From a virus (taxonomy: Duplodnaviria; Heunggongvirae; Uroviricota; Caudoviricetes): a DNA stretch of 30,774 nucleotides. Below the pieces are notes generated by a model. The model made no database searches. It was not told the origin of the DNA and saw only the letters and a list, made by a program, of their open reading frames with translations. Made by a program: the position numbers and the translations under genes. How positions within the stretch are numbered: position 1 is the first letter of the stretch; every line of letters begins with the position of its first letter. Positions 7,924 to 16,666 of this stretch are shown here, piece after piece. The stretch is taken from the IMG/VR virus record IMGVR_UViG_2609459790_000004; one strand, written 5' to 3'.

Positions 7924-9636
7924 TTAAAACTCCTCCACAAAACTGCCGTTATCGCCGGTCACTTCCGCGCCGATCGGTTCGTTGTAAATGCCCTGCATAG
8001 TTGCCCATGCCAGATCGCCGTGATTGCTGCCACGGGCGCGATCGGACTGGTAGGTAATAACGCCGCCAGCGGTGACTTTACGCACGGTCATAAACGACTG
8101 TGCGAGATCCATCATTCCGGCGTCGAACTCAAAGCGCCCGGCGCGAATGACCATCAACATTTTGAGCACCATCGACCGCTTAAGAACCGGTGAATAGTTG
8201 TATTTAACCGCCTGCGGGAAGAACTTGATCACCAGTTGATAAACCGCATCGCCGATCCCCGTGCCGTCGATAGCAATGTGCTGCACGTTGTAGCGGGTGG
8301 TGATCTCTTTAATAAAATTGGCCTGCTCTTCGTACTCCATGCCGCGTAACTGGTGGCGCTCTACCGCGCGGAACTTACCACCCGGCACGGCTGGCGGGGC
8401 CAGCACAACCAGCCCGGCGCTGTCGCCTTTGCCGCTGCTGCCGTTGGGGTCATAGCTAACCCAGACAGGGCGATTACCCAGCGGGCGGGGTGCAAACGGG
8501 TTCCAGTCCGGCCAAGCGTCCGGCATGTAGCCATCAACGCCGCAGCCCAGAATTGCGTTGTAGTCGAAGGCGCGTTCCCCGGCTTTAACGAACATGCAGC
8601 CGTACAGGTTGGCGTATTCGTCGGGGGAGTTTTCGTTACGGATTTCATCGGTATCAACCAGATCGAAGCCGAGCTTCACGGCGTCTTCCAGCGTGACTAT
8701 CTGGCGCCAGATGTTATCCCCGCATAGCTTGCCGTTTTTCAGTGCCTTATAACTGGTGTCGATATCCACCCGATCGGAGCGGCGGCGGTTTTTATTGAAC
8801 TGATCGCCAGTCCAGAAAGGATAGGCTTCATGTTCTTCACTGGAAGGCGTCGAAAAGTAGGTGCGGCGCAGTCCTTTTTGTGTCGCCATGCCTGCGGCCA
8901 CTGAGCGCAGTTTGATGAAATTACTGATCCAGAAGGCTTCATCAAGGTACAGATCGCCGGTGTAGCTCTGGGCCGTCGCGGAGGAGGTGCCGAGAAAATA
9001 CAGGATCGCACCGTTGCTTAACTCAATGGCATCACCGCCCTTAAGTTCTACTCCTATTTCCCTTGCCAGCTTCTGAATGAACCTCTTGAACTGGAACGCC
9101 TGGGCGCGGCTGGCTGACAGGAATATCTGATTATTTCCGGTTTCCAGCGCACGCAACAGCGCTTCGCGGGCAAAGTACCAGGTGGCACCAATCTGGCGCG
9201 ATTTGAGTATAAAGCGGTTACGCCGGTTCCACTGTTTGAACCAGCGTTTTTGATGCTCGTATAGCGAATCAAAGACCAGGGCGCGAAGCTGGGTTATCTG
9301 TTCTTCGGTGAAATGGTTTTTCGGGGTCTTCGCCTTCTTCTCTTTCTCCTGGTCGCGTCGCTCATGCCGTTCAAAGCGGTCAAGCTGGCGCGCCAGCAGG
9401 TCAATTTCTTTGAAGTCCTTCGGGGTTTTGTCGTCCTTTTCCACCAGGCGCAGGTAACGAACGTGTGTGCGATCCTGCACCCGCTGCATGGGGGTGGCTT
9501 TATCCCATTCGTAGCGGCGGCGCCAACTGTAGATCGTGTTAATGCTCACCCCGATTTCCTTAGAAATCTGAGTGATGCTAAACGCCTGCCAGTAGAGGCT
9601 TTTGGCTTTTGTGCTGAGGTCTTCGGCTGTATTCAT
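7924..9636 (-). CDS. P: terminase large subunit (P2 gpP-like)
   Basis: 570-aa ORF; N-terminal helix-turn-helix region, Walker A-like ILKSRQIGAT and C-terminal nuclease region; ATG at 9636. Confidence 0.95.
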   Translation of the reverse strand: MNTAEDLSTKAKSLYWQAFSITQISKEIGVSINTIYSWRRRYEWDKATPMQRVQDRTHVRYLRLVEKDDKTPKDFKEIDLLARQLDRFERHERRDQEKEKKAKTPKNHFTEEQITQLRALVFDSLYEHQKRWFKQWNRRNRFILKSRQIGATWYFAREALLRALETGNNQIFLSASRAQAFQFKRFIQKLAREIGVELKGGDAIELSNGAILYFLGTSSATAQSYTGDLYLDEAFWISNFIKLRSVAAGMATQKGLRRTYFSTPSSEEHEAYPFWTGDQFNKNRRRSDRVDIDTSYKALKNGKLCGDNIWRQIVTLEDAVKLGFDLVDTDEIRNENSPDEYANLYGCMFVKAGERAFDYNAILGCGVDGYMPDAWPDWNPFAPRPLGNRPVWVSYDPNGSSGKGDSAGLVVLAPPAVPGGKFRAVERHQLRGMEYEEQANFIKEITTRYNVQHIAIDGTGIGDAVYQLVIKFFPQAVKYNYSPVLKRSMVLKMLMVIRAGRFEFDAGMMDLAQSFMTVRKVTAGGVITYQSDRARGSNHGDLAWATMQGIYNEPIGAEVTGDNGSFVEEF

Positions 9637-9682
9637 GGCAACAGGCTATCGCGCTCGCGCGCGCAACAATATCGCCGCTTGT

Positions 9683-9700
9683 TGTCGCCTGAGTCCGACA
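9683..9700. promoter_or_regulatory. Ogr/Delta-type late-promoter dyad TGT-N12-ACA (candidate PO activator site)
   Basis: TGTcgcctgagtccgACA in the P/O divergent intergenic region, ~100 bp upstream of O start. Confidence 0.5.
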
Positions 9701-9789
9701 AAGTGAAGGCTTTGCGCCTTCCTGCTGCAAAGGGAATGATTGGGGCACTGGTTAATATCAATCGCTTACCAACCCGGAGCTTTGTCACC

Positions 9790-10635
9790 ATGCCAATGAC
9801 AAATTTTTTCCGCGTCGCAGTCGAAGGCGCAACCTGTGATGGCCGCGTGCTGGAACGTCAGCACATTATCGAAATGGCCGAGCAGTACGATCCCCAGGTC
9901 TATGGCGCCCGCGTCAATCTGGAACACATTTTAGGCTGGTCTCCAAACAGTGATTTTCGTGCTTACGGCGACGTTGCTGAAACGAAATATGAAGAAATCG
10001 CCGAAGGCCAGTTAAAGGGCAAGTTGGCGCTTTTGGTGAAGGTGGACGCCACGGATGAACTGGTCGAACTGAAGAAGAAACGCCAGAAAATCTACCATAG
10101 CATTGAGGTGCATCCGTCCTTTGCTGACACCGGCAAAGCCTACCTTATGGGGCTGGCCTGTACCGATAACCCGGCGAGCCTGGGCACCGAAATGATGAAG
10201 TTTTGCACCCAGAACGCCAGCGCCAACCCACTGGCCGCGCGTCACTATGCACCTGAATGCTTCTTCACTGAAACCCTGGAATCGTCACTTGAATTCGCGC
10301 AGGAAGAGCCGCCAGCGTCCGACACCGGGAAGAATTTCTTTTCCCGTATCAAGGAAATGCTGACCGGAACCCGCCAGCACTTCGATCGTGAAAATGGTGA
10401 TATTCGCCAGGCGGTTGAACTGGTAGCGGAAAGCCAGGGTGAATTGCTGGACAAGATGGAAAAACTGAGCGCAGGGCAGCTTAAGAACAAACAGACCGCC
10501 GAAGCGGTGGATAAGTTGCGCTCTGAGTTCGACGAGATGAAAGCGCAGCTTTCTACCCAGGACGCCAGCAAATACCGCCGCCCGGAAGCGACCGGCGCAA
10601 CTGAAAAATCTAACGCCCAGCTTGCTGACTGCTGA
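9790..10635 (+). CDS. O: capsid scaffolding protein (P2 gpO-like)
   Basis: Start ATG 9790 (MPMTNFFRVAVEGATCDGRV... resembles P2 O N-terminus); the track ORF from 9313 is an upstream extension overlapping P antisense. Confidence 0.85.
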   Translation: MPMTNFFRVAVEGATCDGRVLERQHIIEMAEQYDPQVYGARVNLEHILGWSPNSDFRAYGDVAETKYEEIAEGQLKGKLALLVKVDATDELVELKKKRQKIYHSIEVHPSFADTGKAYLMGLACTDNPASLGTEMMKFCTQNASANPLAARHYAPECFFTETLESSLEFAQEEPPASDTGKNFFSRIKEMLTGTRQHFDRENGDIRQAVELVAESQGELLDKMEKLSAGQLKNKQTAEAVDKLRSEFDEMKAQLSTQDASKYRRPEATGATEKSNAQLADC

Positions 10636-10675
10636 TCGCCGTCAGTAACGAAGGAACAGTACAGGAAAAATAACT

Positions 10676-11722
10676 ATGCGTAATTCTACCCGTGAATTGT
10701 TTGATGCGTATCTTGAGCGACAGGCCGAACTCAATCACATCAACAAATCCCACGTAACAAAGGCGTTCAGCATTGATCCGAGCGTTGAGCAGACGCTTGA
10801 AGACAAGGTGCAGCAGTCTTCCGAAATGTTGAAGAAGATTAATATCTACGGCGTTAACGATCAGTCCGGTGAAAAAATCGGTCTGGGTGTGAGCGGGCCG
10901 ATCTCCAGCACCAACAATTCCACCACCGATCGCCGCCAGCCTGTTTCCGTCACGGCGCTGGATTCGAACAAATACACCTGTAATAAGGTGAACGCGGATA
11001 CTTTCGCCTCTTATGCGCAGCTTGATGCCTGGGCTAAATTCCCGGATTTCCAACAGCGACTGAGCAATCAGATCATCCAGCGTATCGCGCTTGATCGCAT
11101 CATGATCGGCTTTAACGGAACCAGCTACGCGGATAAGTCCGACCGCAACGCCAACCCGCTTTTGCAGGATTGTGGTATCGGCTGGCTGCAACAGTACCGC
11201 GCAAACGCGCCGCAACGTGTCATGAAAGATATCACCGTGACCAGCCGCGACGATTCCAACCAGGTGATCGCTAAAGGTGATTACGGTAACTACGACTCGC
11301 TGGTTTATGACGCGGTTAACTCACTGATGGACGAGTGGTACAAAGATTCGCCCAATCTGGTGGTGATCACCGGTCGTAACCTGACGGTTAGCCGTTCGTT
11401 CCCGATCATCAATGCCGTAAGCACCAATAACCCGAACTCCGAAGCGCTGGCCGGTCAGTTGATCGCATCGCGTAAGACGATCGGCAACCTGCCTTCGTTT
11501 ATCGCGCCTTTCTTCCCTGACGGCAGCATGTTTATCACTTCGTGGGAAAACCTGTCGATTTACTGGCAGGAAGGTGCGCACCGCCGCCGCATTGTGGAAG
11601 AGCCGGAATATAACCGTGTCTCTACCTACAGTTCGTCAAATGATGCCTATGTTGTTGAAGATTACGGCTTCGGCTGTCTGATCGAAGGCATTACCGCCGC
11701 CGAACCAGCACCAGCACCATAA
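10676..11722 (+). CDS. N: major capsid protein (P2 gpN-like)
   Basis: 348-aa ORF following the scaffold gene; size and position match P2 N. Confidence 0.9.
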   Translation: MRNSTRELFDAYLERQAELNHINKSHVTKAFSIDPSVEQTLEDKVQQSSEMLKKINIYGVNDQSGEKIGLGVSGPISSTNNSTTDRRQPVSVTALDSNKYTCNKVNADTFASYAQLDAWAKFPDFQQRLSNQIIQRIALDRIMIGFNGTSYADKSDRNANPLLQDCGIGWLQQYRANAPQRVMKDITVTSRDDSNQVIAKGDYGNYDSLVYDAVNSLMDEWYKDSPNLVVITGRNLTVSRSFPIINAVSTNNPNSEALAGQLIASRKTIGNLPSFIAPFFPDGSMFITSWENLSIYWQEGAHRRRIVEEPEYNRVSTYSSSNDAYVVEDYGFGCLIEGITAAEPAPAP

Positions 11723-11764
11723 ATCAGCGCAGGCCAGCTAACTGCTGGCCGCTTTGGGGGCATC

Positions 11765-12613
11765 ATGTTGACACCTGCTCAACAACATTTTAATCGCGTG
11801 ATGGCTGAACGCCGCCACGCCAGCCGTGAGCCGTCGCAGCTTGAAATGACGGCATACGAAACCATGCTTCACCGCCTGCGACTGGATAAAGCCCGTTTGA
11901 GCCGTGTCCAGTCCCAGAAGGCTAAAGCGGATTTAAAACGCGAACTCCTGCCGGACTATCAGCCGTGGATCGAAGGCGTACTTACAGCAGATTCCGGCCA
12001 GTCTGACGACGTGTTAACCACCGTCATGATCTGGTGTTGTGACTGCGGAAACATCGCCGAAGCCCTGCGCATTGGTCAGTACGTATTGCGCCATAAGTTG
12101 CCGATGCCGGATCAGTATCGCCGCACCACCGCCACCGTACTGGTGGAAGAAATTTGCGATCCCGTCCTGGCTGCATTCAAAGCTAACCCGGCTGTTGCGC
12201 CGGTCGCCGCTGACCTGCTGGAAGCGTTACGGGGTTTAACCCTGAACGAAGATATGCCGGATGAGGTGCGCTCAAAGCTGCTTAAGGCGCTGGGGTATAC
12301 GCTGCGCCTGACTGACAACGTTGAATCGCTTACGGCTGCGGTTGAATACCTGCGCCAGGCGGCAGTGTTGAACCCGAAAAAAGCAGGCGTAACCCGTGAT
12401 ATTGAGCTTCTGCAACGTGCGCTTAAGAAGTCCGGGCAACCTGCTGACGGTGACGGCGCAGACGGCAAGCCAGAAGCAAACACCACCGAAACCCAGACGG
12501 CAACGCCGCCAGCGCAGCCAAAAGCGAAGCGGGAAACCAAAAAGCCCGCCGCTAAAAATAAGCCGGCAGCGAAGAAAAGAACCACGACAGCCCGCCAGAA
12601 GGCGGCGTCATAA
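11765..12613 (+). CDS. M: terminase small subunit / endonuclease subunit (P2 gpM-like) with basic Lys/Ala/Pro-rich C-terminal tail
   Basis: 282-aa ORF; N-terminus MLTPAQQHFNRVMAERR.. and KRELLP..W..GVL resemble P2 M. Confidence 0.85.
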   Translation: MLTPAQQHFNRVMAERRHASREPSQLEMTAYETMLHRLRLDKARLSRVQSQKAKADLKRELLPDYQPWIEGVLTADSGQSDDVLTTVMIWCCDCGNIAEALRIGQYVLRHKLPMPDQYRRTTATVLVEEICDPVLAAFKANPAVAPVAADLLEALRGLTLNEDMPDEVRSKLLKALGYTLRLTDNVESLTAAVEYLRQAAVLNPKKAGVTRDIELLQRALKKSGQPADGDGADGKPEANTTETQTATPPAQPKAKRETKKPAAKNKPAAKKRTTTARQKAAS

Positions 12614-12715
12614 CCGAACGTGCCCCCGCGCACCCAGGCGGCACGGCAGGCGAAAACAGGCAACGCCGTGTCTTCGTCCTGCCGTCCACCGCCTGACTTA
12701 TACGGAGTAGAGATC

Positions 12716-13204
12716 ATGAGTCTGGTAGCCACTGAGCCAGTACGGCCACCATCCGATCCCGTGCCTGATGATGGCGGCGCGAAAGTTGAAAGCCTGCCAT
12801 TCTGGCCGGTCATTTCGCTGGCTGAACTACGCCGCGCGATGCGTCTTGATGGGCAGGTGACAACCGATCGCCTGATGTCGCGAACGGTGGAAGCGGTGGC
12901 CCATGTTAATGATCAGCTTTTCCTGTGGCGCCAGGTGCAGATTGATGCTGGCTATGAGTCATTGGCAGAAATTCCGGCCAGTCCGGTGAATGGCACTTCC
13001 GTGAAGGTATGGCGCTATAAAAACGCCGTGTATTCACTTACTAAGGCGCTGTTGATTGAAGGCTACCGCGATATTGACACCACCAGTAAAGGCGAAGACC
13101 ACGCGGCAGCATTGAGCACGCAGATCGATACGCTGTGGCGGGATGTGCGCTGGTCAATCCGTGATATCCAGGACGAAAGCCGGGGCCTGGCGGAGTTGGT
13201 GTAA
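12716..13204 (+). CDS. L: head completion/stabilisation protein (P2 gpL-like)
   Basis: ATG 12716 with GGAG RBS; in frame with track ORF 12620..13204; stop overlaps X start. Confidence 0.8.
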   Translation: MSLVATEPVRPPSDPVPDDGGAKVESLPFWPVISLAELRRAMRLDGQVTTDRLMSRTVEAVAHVNDQLFLWRQVQIDAGYESLAEIPASPVNGTSVKVWRYKNAVYSLTKALLIEGYRDIDTTSKGEDHAAALSTQIDTLWRDVRWSIRDIQDESRGLAELV

Positions 13205-13404
13205 TGAACGTTCAGGCGCAGCAAAACGACACGATCGACCTGCTTTGCTGGCGCTATTACGGCAGAACAGCAGGCGTTACCGAGGCAGTGATCGATGCCA
13301 ATAAGGGCATTTCCGCCGCCACTGAGTTGCAGGCCGGGCAGATTGTCTACCTGCCAGAGATCCAGCCGCCAGCCCAGCGGGAAACCGTGCAGCTATGGGA
13401 TTAA
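13204..13404 (+). CDS. X: tail protein X (P2 gpX-like)
   Basis: 66-aa ORF, ATG overlapping L stop (TAATG); size and position match P2 X. Confidence 0.75.
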   Translation: MNVQAQQNDTIDLLCWRYYGRTAGVTEAVIDANKGISAATELQAGQIVYLPEIQPPAQRETVQLWD

Positions 13405-13414
13405 GGTGGAGGGT

Positions 13415-13750
13415 ATGCACGACACACCACCGGGATTACTCGAACAAACAATGAAATGGATCGCTACTTATCTGCCGACACTGTTTGCGGCTGGTGCGGC
13501 GCTGAGTATTTCGGCGCTAATGAGCCTTTACGATGGGCAGTCTTTGCTTAAAACCGCCACCGGATCGCTGGTATGTGGGATTGTCACGCTTGCTGTGGCC
13601 GGTTCGCTGGAATATCTGGGGCTTCCGTCCAACGCAGTAACATTCGTGGGCGCCTCAATCGGATTTATGGGCGCGGATAAAGTCCGCAACAAAGTTACCG
13701 GGTTTATCGAAAACCGAATCGGAGGGATGAAAGGTGGAGATGAGCAATAA
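13415..13750 (+). CDS. Y: holin (P2 gpY-like position), 111 aa with hydrophobic segments
   Basis: ATG 13415 with AAGGTGGAGGG RBS; hydrophobic stretches consistent with transmembrane helices; immediately upstream of endolysin. Confidence 0.7.
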   Translation: MHDTPPGLLEQTMKWIATYLPTLFAAGAALSISALMSLYDGQSLLKTATGSLVCGIVTLAVAGSLEYLGLPSNAVTFVGASIGFMGADKVRNKVTGFIENRIGGMKGGDEQ

Positions 13751-14174
13751 CGGCATCAACATGCTGAAAGGTTTTGAAGGGTGCAGGCTGGCCGCTTATC
13801 AGGATTCTGTAGGCGTCTGGACGATCGGTTATGGATGGACTCAACCCGTCAACGGCGTGCCGGTTGGCAAGGGCATGACCATTACGCAGGACACTGCCGA
13901 TAGCCTGTTGCGTAGCGGTCTGGTGCAATATGAAAAAGGCGTTACGGGGCTCGTTAAAGTCACCATCAATCAAAATCAGTTCGATGCGCTGGTTGATTTT
14001 GCCTACAACCTGGGCGTAAAGGCGCTGGAAGGATCCACGCTGCTGAAAAAGCTGAATGCTGGCGATTACGCCGGGGCTGCGGCTGAGTTTCCAAAATGGA
14101 ATAAAGCAGGTGGCAAGGTGTTGCCGGGGCTGGTTAAGCGTCGGGAAGCCGAGCGTACGTTATTTCTGGCCTGA
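13734..14174 (+). CDS. K: endolysin, phage lysozyme family (P2 gpK-like)
   Basis: GFEGCRLAAYQDSVGVWTIGYGW catalytic-Glu motif of lysozyme-like endolysins; start either GTG 13734 (GGAGGG RBS) or ATG 13740. Confidence 0.85.
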   Translation: MEMSNNGINMLKGFEGCRLAAYQDSVGVWTIGYGWTQPVNGVPVGKGMTITQDTADSLLRSGLVQYEKGVTGLVKVTINQNQFDALVDFAYNLGVKALEGSTLLKKLNAGDYAGAAAEFPKWNKAGGKVLPGLVKRREAERTLFLA

Positions 14175-14182
14175 TCATTTTT

Positions 14183-14228
14183 AACTGTGCTGGCCGTGCG
14201 TATCGAGCGCGGTCATTTTTGACAGTGC
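14183..14228 (+). repeat. 46-bp terminator-like hairpin element, copy 1 (paralog of 21634-21679)
   Basis: 85% identity (39/46) with copy 2; contains a 9-bp GC-rich stem (14191-14199 / 14207-14215) followed by T5; sits 9 bp after K stop. Confidence 0.5.
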
Positions 14229-14249
14229 GAGCTGGCGAGAGGTTTAGTG

Positions 14250-14780
14250 ATGGGGTTGTCACGCTGGAAAGTGATCGTTTGTCTTGTGCTGGCCGCTGCT
14301 GCTGTATGGGGTTTTAGCCACTGGCGTTACAGCGTCGGTTACGGTGATGCCGATCAGCACTGGCGTGAAGAGTGGGCGCAACGTGATGCACGCGATGCCA
14401 CCGCGCTGGCGAAAAGGCAGGCTGAGGCAAGGGCAGAAGAACAACGCCGACAAGGTGAAATTGATGCGATCAGAAAACAAGCCAGCCAGCAGCTTGCTGG
14501 CGTGCAGGCTGATGCCGATCGTGCCCGTGCTGCTTCTCGTGGGCTGCACGACAGGGCCGACAAACTCGCCAGGCAACTGGCAGACCGTGAACGCGCCTGC
14601 GGTACCGGAACTCCCGGCAGAAGCGAGGCAGAAACCAGCGGCGCCGTACTGCTCGCCGACTTGTTCCGCCGCGCTGACGATCGAGCGGGGCAACTGGCAA
14701 AAGATGCTGATGAAGCAAGAGCCAGAGGATTAGCCTGTGAGGCTGCGTATGATGCGGTTAAGTCCGGGAGGGATAAGTAA
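14250..14780 (+). CDS. lysB: i-spanin (Rz/LysB-like), N-terminal TM anchor and coiled-coil periplasmic domain
   Basis: ATG 14250 with GAGAGG RBS; N-terminal hydrophobic helix then Ala/Arg/Gln/Glu-rich sequence typical of Rz-type proteins. Confidence 0.75.
   Translation: MGLSRWKVIVCLVLAAAAVWGFSHWRYSVGYGDADQHWREEWAQRDARDATALAKRQAEARAEEQRRQGEIDAIRKQASQQLAGVQADADRARAASRGLHDRADKLARQLADRERACGTGTPGRSEAETSGAVLLADLFRRADDRAGQLAKDADEARARGLACEAAYDAVKSGRDK
14464..14733 (+). CDS. lysC: o-spanin lipoprotein (Rz1/LysC-like) embedded in the +1 frame of lysB
   Basis: ATG 14464 (AAGGTGA RBS); signal peptide ending in lipobox LLVGC; Pro-rich mature part; entirely inside lysB in another frame. Confidence 0.6.
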   Translation: MRSENKPASSLLACRLMPIVPVLLLVGCTTGPTNSPGNWQTVNAPAVPELPAEARQKPAAPYCSPTCSAALTIERGNWQKMLMKQEPED

Positions 14781-15274
14781 TGCTTAAACCCGATTTGCTG
14801 CGCCAGATGATAAGCCAGCATGTGCCCTGGCTGCGCGAGAATCCCGATAATCTGGCGGTTTACCTGCGTAAAGGCCGTATGGTCAGCACCGGCCAGCGTG
14901 CTGCTGCGTTTGAGTACCGCTATACGCTGGAAGTGCTGGTGATGGATTACCCTGAATCTCTGGATACTATCAGCGTGCCGGTACTGGCATGGGCGCGTTT
15001 ATATCAGCCTGATCTGTTATTTAACCCGGACAGGCAGCAGAACGGCATAACATTCGAAGCCGATATCCTGAGTAACAGCACGATGGACGTGCTGATCCAG
15101 ATTCAGGCTGATGAAGCGGTGATCGTCACCCGTGAAAATGGAGAGATCGTCACCCGTCACCGTGCTGACCCTGCTCCGGGGCCAGAAATTGGCGCGTGGT
15201 CACTGGTATTTGTTGATGAGGTCAGCGGCGAAACATGGCAGGACAACAAACCGATCCCCTCTTCCAGCAGTTAG
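14780..15274 (+). CDS. R: tail completion protein R (P2 gpR-like)
   Basis: ATG overlapping lysB stop (TAATG); 164 aa, size and position as P2 R. Confidence 0.8.
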   Translation: MLKPDLLRQMISQHVPWLRENPDNLAVYLRKGRMVSTGQRAAAFEYRYTLEVLVMDYPESLDTISVPVLAWARLYQPDLLFNPDRQQNGITFEADILSNSTMDVLIQIQADEAVIVTRENGEIVTRHRADPAPGPEIGAWSLVFVDEVSGETWQDNKPIPSSSS

Positions 15275-15879
15275 ACGACTGGCTAGCCAGTGTGGCCGCG
15301 CAGCTTTCGCCGGGGCACCGTCGCAAGCTGACGCGCGACGTTGCGATCGGGCTGCGTAAGCGCCAGCAAAAGCGTATCGCCAGCCAGAAGAACCCCAGCG
15401 GTGAAAGCTATCAGGCCCGCCGCCGCAAAATCCTGCGAACCCAGGGCGGGATAAAGTTCATATGGAATGATGAGGCCAGGGAGTTACGCAACTGGCGAAC
15501 AACGGGCAGGGGTGAGCACCGCGCAATCACCGGCTATGACGTGGATCGCGGTGCCCTGCGCACGTTCTATAAGCGCGATATCCAGCGCTATATTGAAATC
15601 AATCTCAACCAGTCCAAGCAGAACCGCACAAGAAAGGATCCGATGTTCCGCAAGCTGCGCACCGCACGCTTCCTTAAGGCTTACGGTACGGGCGGTATGG
15701 CCGTGGTTGGCTTTCAGGGACATACTGCCGAAATTGCCAGCGTTCACCAGTACGGTGAAGTCGATAACGTGGTGCCGGGTGCCCGTGCACGCTACCCGGT
15801 GCGTGAACTCCTGGGCATGACCGAAGGGGATTTAGACTGGCTGGCCGATACTGTTGTCGCCTTCATGCAAGAGATTTGA
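15235..15879 (+). CDS. S: tail completion protein S (P2 gpS-like); start uncertain
   Basis: Track ORF 214 aa overlapping R by 40 nt; P2 S is shorter, so a downstream in-frame start (e.g. GTG 15292) is possible. Confidence 0.7.
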   Translation: MAGQQTDPLFQQLDDWLASVAAQLSPGHRRKLTRDVAIGLRKRQQKRIASQKNPSGESYQARRRKILRTQGGIKFIWNDEARELRNWRTTGRGEHRAITGYDVDRGALRTFYKRDIQRYIEINLNQSKQNRTRKDPMFRKLRTARFLKAYGTGGMAVVGFQGHTAEIASVHQYGEVDNVVPGARARYPVRELLGMTEGDLDWLADTVVAFMQEI

Positions 15880-15880
15880 T

Positions 15881-15898
15881 TGTCACCAACCCGCCACA
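15881..15898. promoter_or_regulatory. Ogr/Delta-type late-promoter dyad TGT-N12-ACA (candidate PV)
   Basis: TGTcaccaacccgccACA immediately after S stop, upstream of V. Confidence 0.5.
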
Positions 15899-16036
15899 AT
15901 GGCGCCGCGTTGTTTGCGCGCGCGCGACTCCTGATACTGACTGCATAACCCAAAAGCCGAAACGGTCGTAAAGCCTGCTACCGGGTGGAAGCGACGCCGG
16001 ACAGCGTAACCGGCACCACGGGAAACAGTCAGCACT

Positions 16037-16666
16037 ATGAATTTAAACGAACTATATCGCCTTATCTGCAATCTCGCCCGCATTGGCACCGTGCTGGAAG
16101 TGGACACGGAAAAGTATCTTGCACGCGTCGAAACCGGCGAGAACAAAACCGACTGGATCCGCTGGGCAGTGCCGCGCGCCGGTGAAGCCGTGACGTGGTG
16201 GGCGCCGACAGTGGGCGAACAGGTTTATATTTTGTGCCCCTGCGGTGAGATGGAGACGGCATTCATTGCCGGAAGCCTTTACAGCGAAGACGCACCGCCG
16301 CCAGATGCTGGCGCTACCACCTGCGTGATCCTGCACCCGGATGGCGCCAGTATTTCATATGACCCGGAGGCCAGCGCGCTGGTTGTCAGCGGGGTAAAAA
16401 CGGCAAGCGTCACCGCGTCGGAATCCATTACCGCCACCGTGCCGGTGGTAACGGTCAAGGCAGATACGCGCGTTACCCTGGACACGCCGGAAGTGGTCTG
16501 CACCAACAAGCTGATCACCGCCACGCTGGAAGTGCAAAAGGGCGGGGAAATGAAGGGCAATATTACCCATTCAGGCGGATCGCTTTCGTCTAATGGTGTC
16601 GTTGTCCATTCTCACAAACATAGCGGCGTCCAGTCCGGTGGTAGTAATACAGGTGGCCCGGTATGA
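16037..16666 (+). CDS. V: baseplate spike / central hub protein (P2 gpV-like)
   Basis: 209-aa ORF; size and order match P2 V; stop overlaps W start (ATGA). Confidence 0.85.
   Translation: MNLNELYRLICNLARIGTVLEVDTEKYLARVETGENKTDWIRWAVPRAGEAVTWWAPTVGEQVYILCPCGEMETAFIAGSLYSEDAPPPDAGATTCVILHPDGASISYDPEASALVVSGVKTASVTASESITATVPVVTVKADTRVTLDTPEVVCTNKLITATLEVQKGGEMKGNITHSGGSLSSNGVVVHSHKHSGVQSGGSNTGGPV

Noticed and set aside
9313-9789. Long N-terminal extension of the scaffold ORF (track ORF 9313..10635) overlapping the terminase gene on the opposite strand
   Set aside because: Artefact of an open frame; the P2 O-like N-terminus begins at ATG 9790 and the upstream part is antisense to P and its promoter region.
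12396-12710. Lys/Arg/Pro-rich 104-aa ORF overlapping the end of M
   Set aside because: Alternative frame of the basic C-terminal tail of M; no independent start signal.
14259-14821. Minus-strand ORFs of 82-155 aa antisense to lysB and the plus-strand ORF 14284..14733 as a 149-aa protein
   Set aside because: Antisense ORFs are frame artefacts of the Ala/Arg-rich spanin gene; only the downstream part of the +1 frame from ATG 14464 is retained as the o-spanin.
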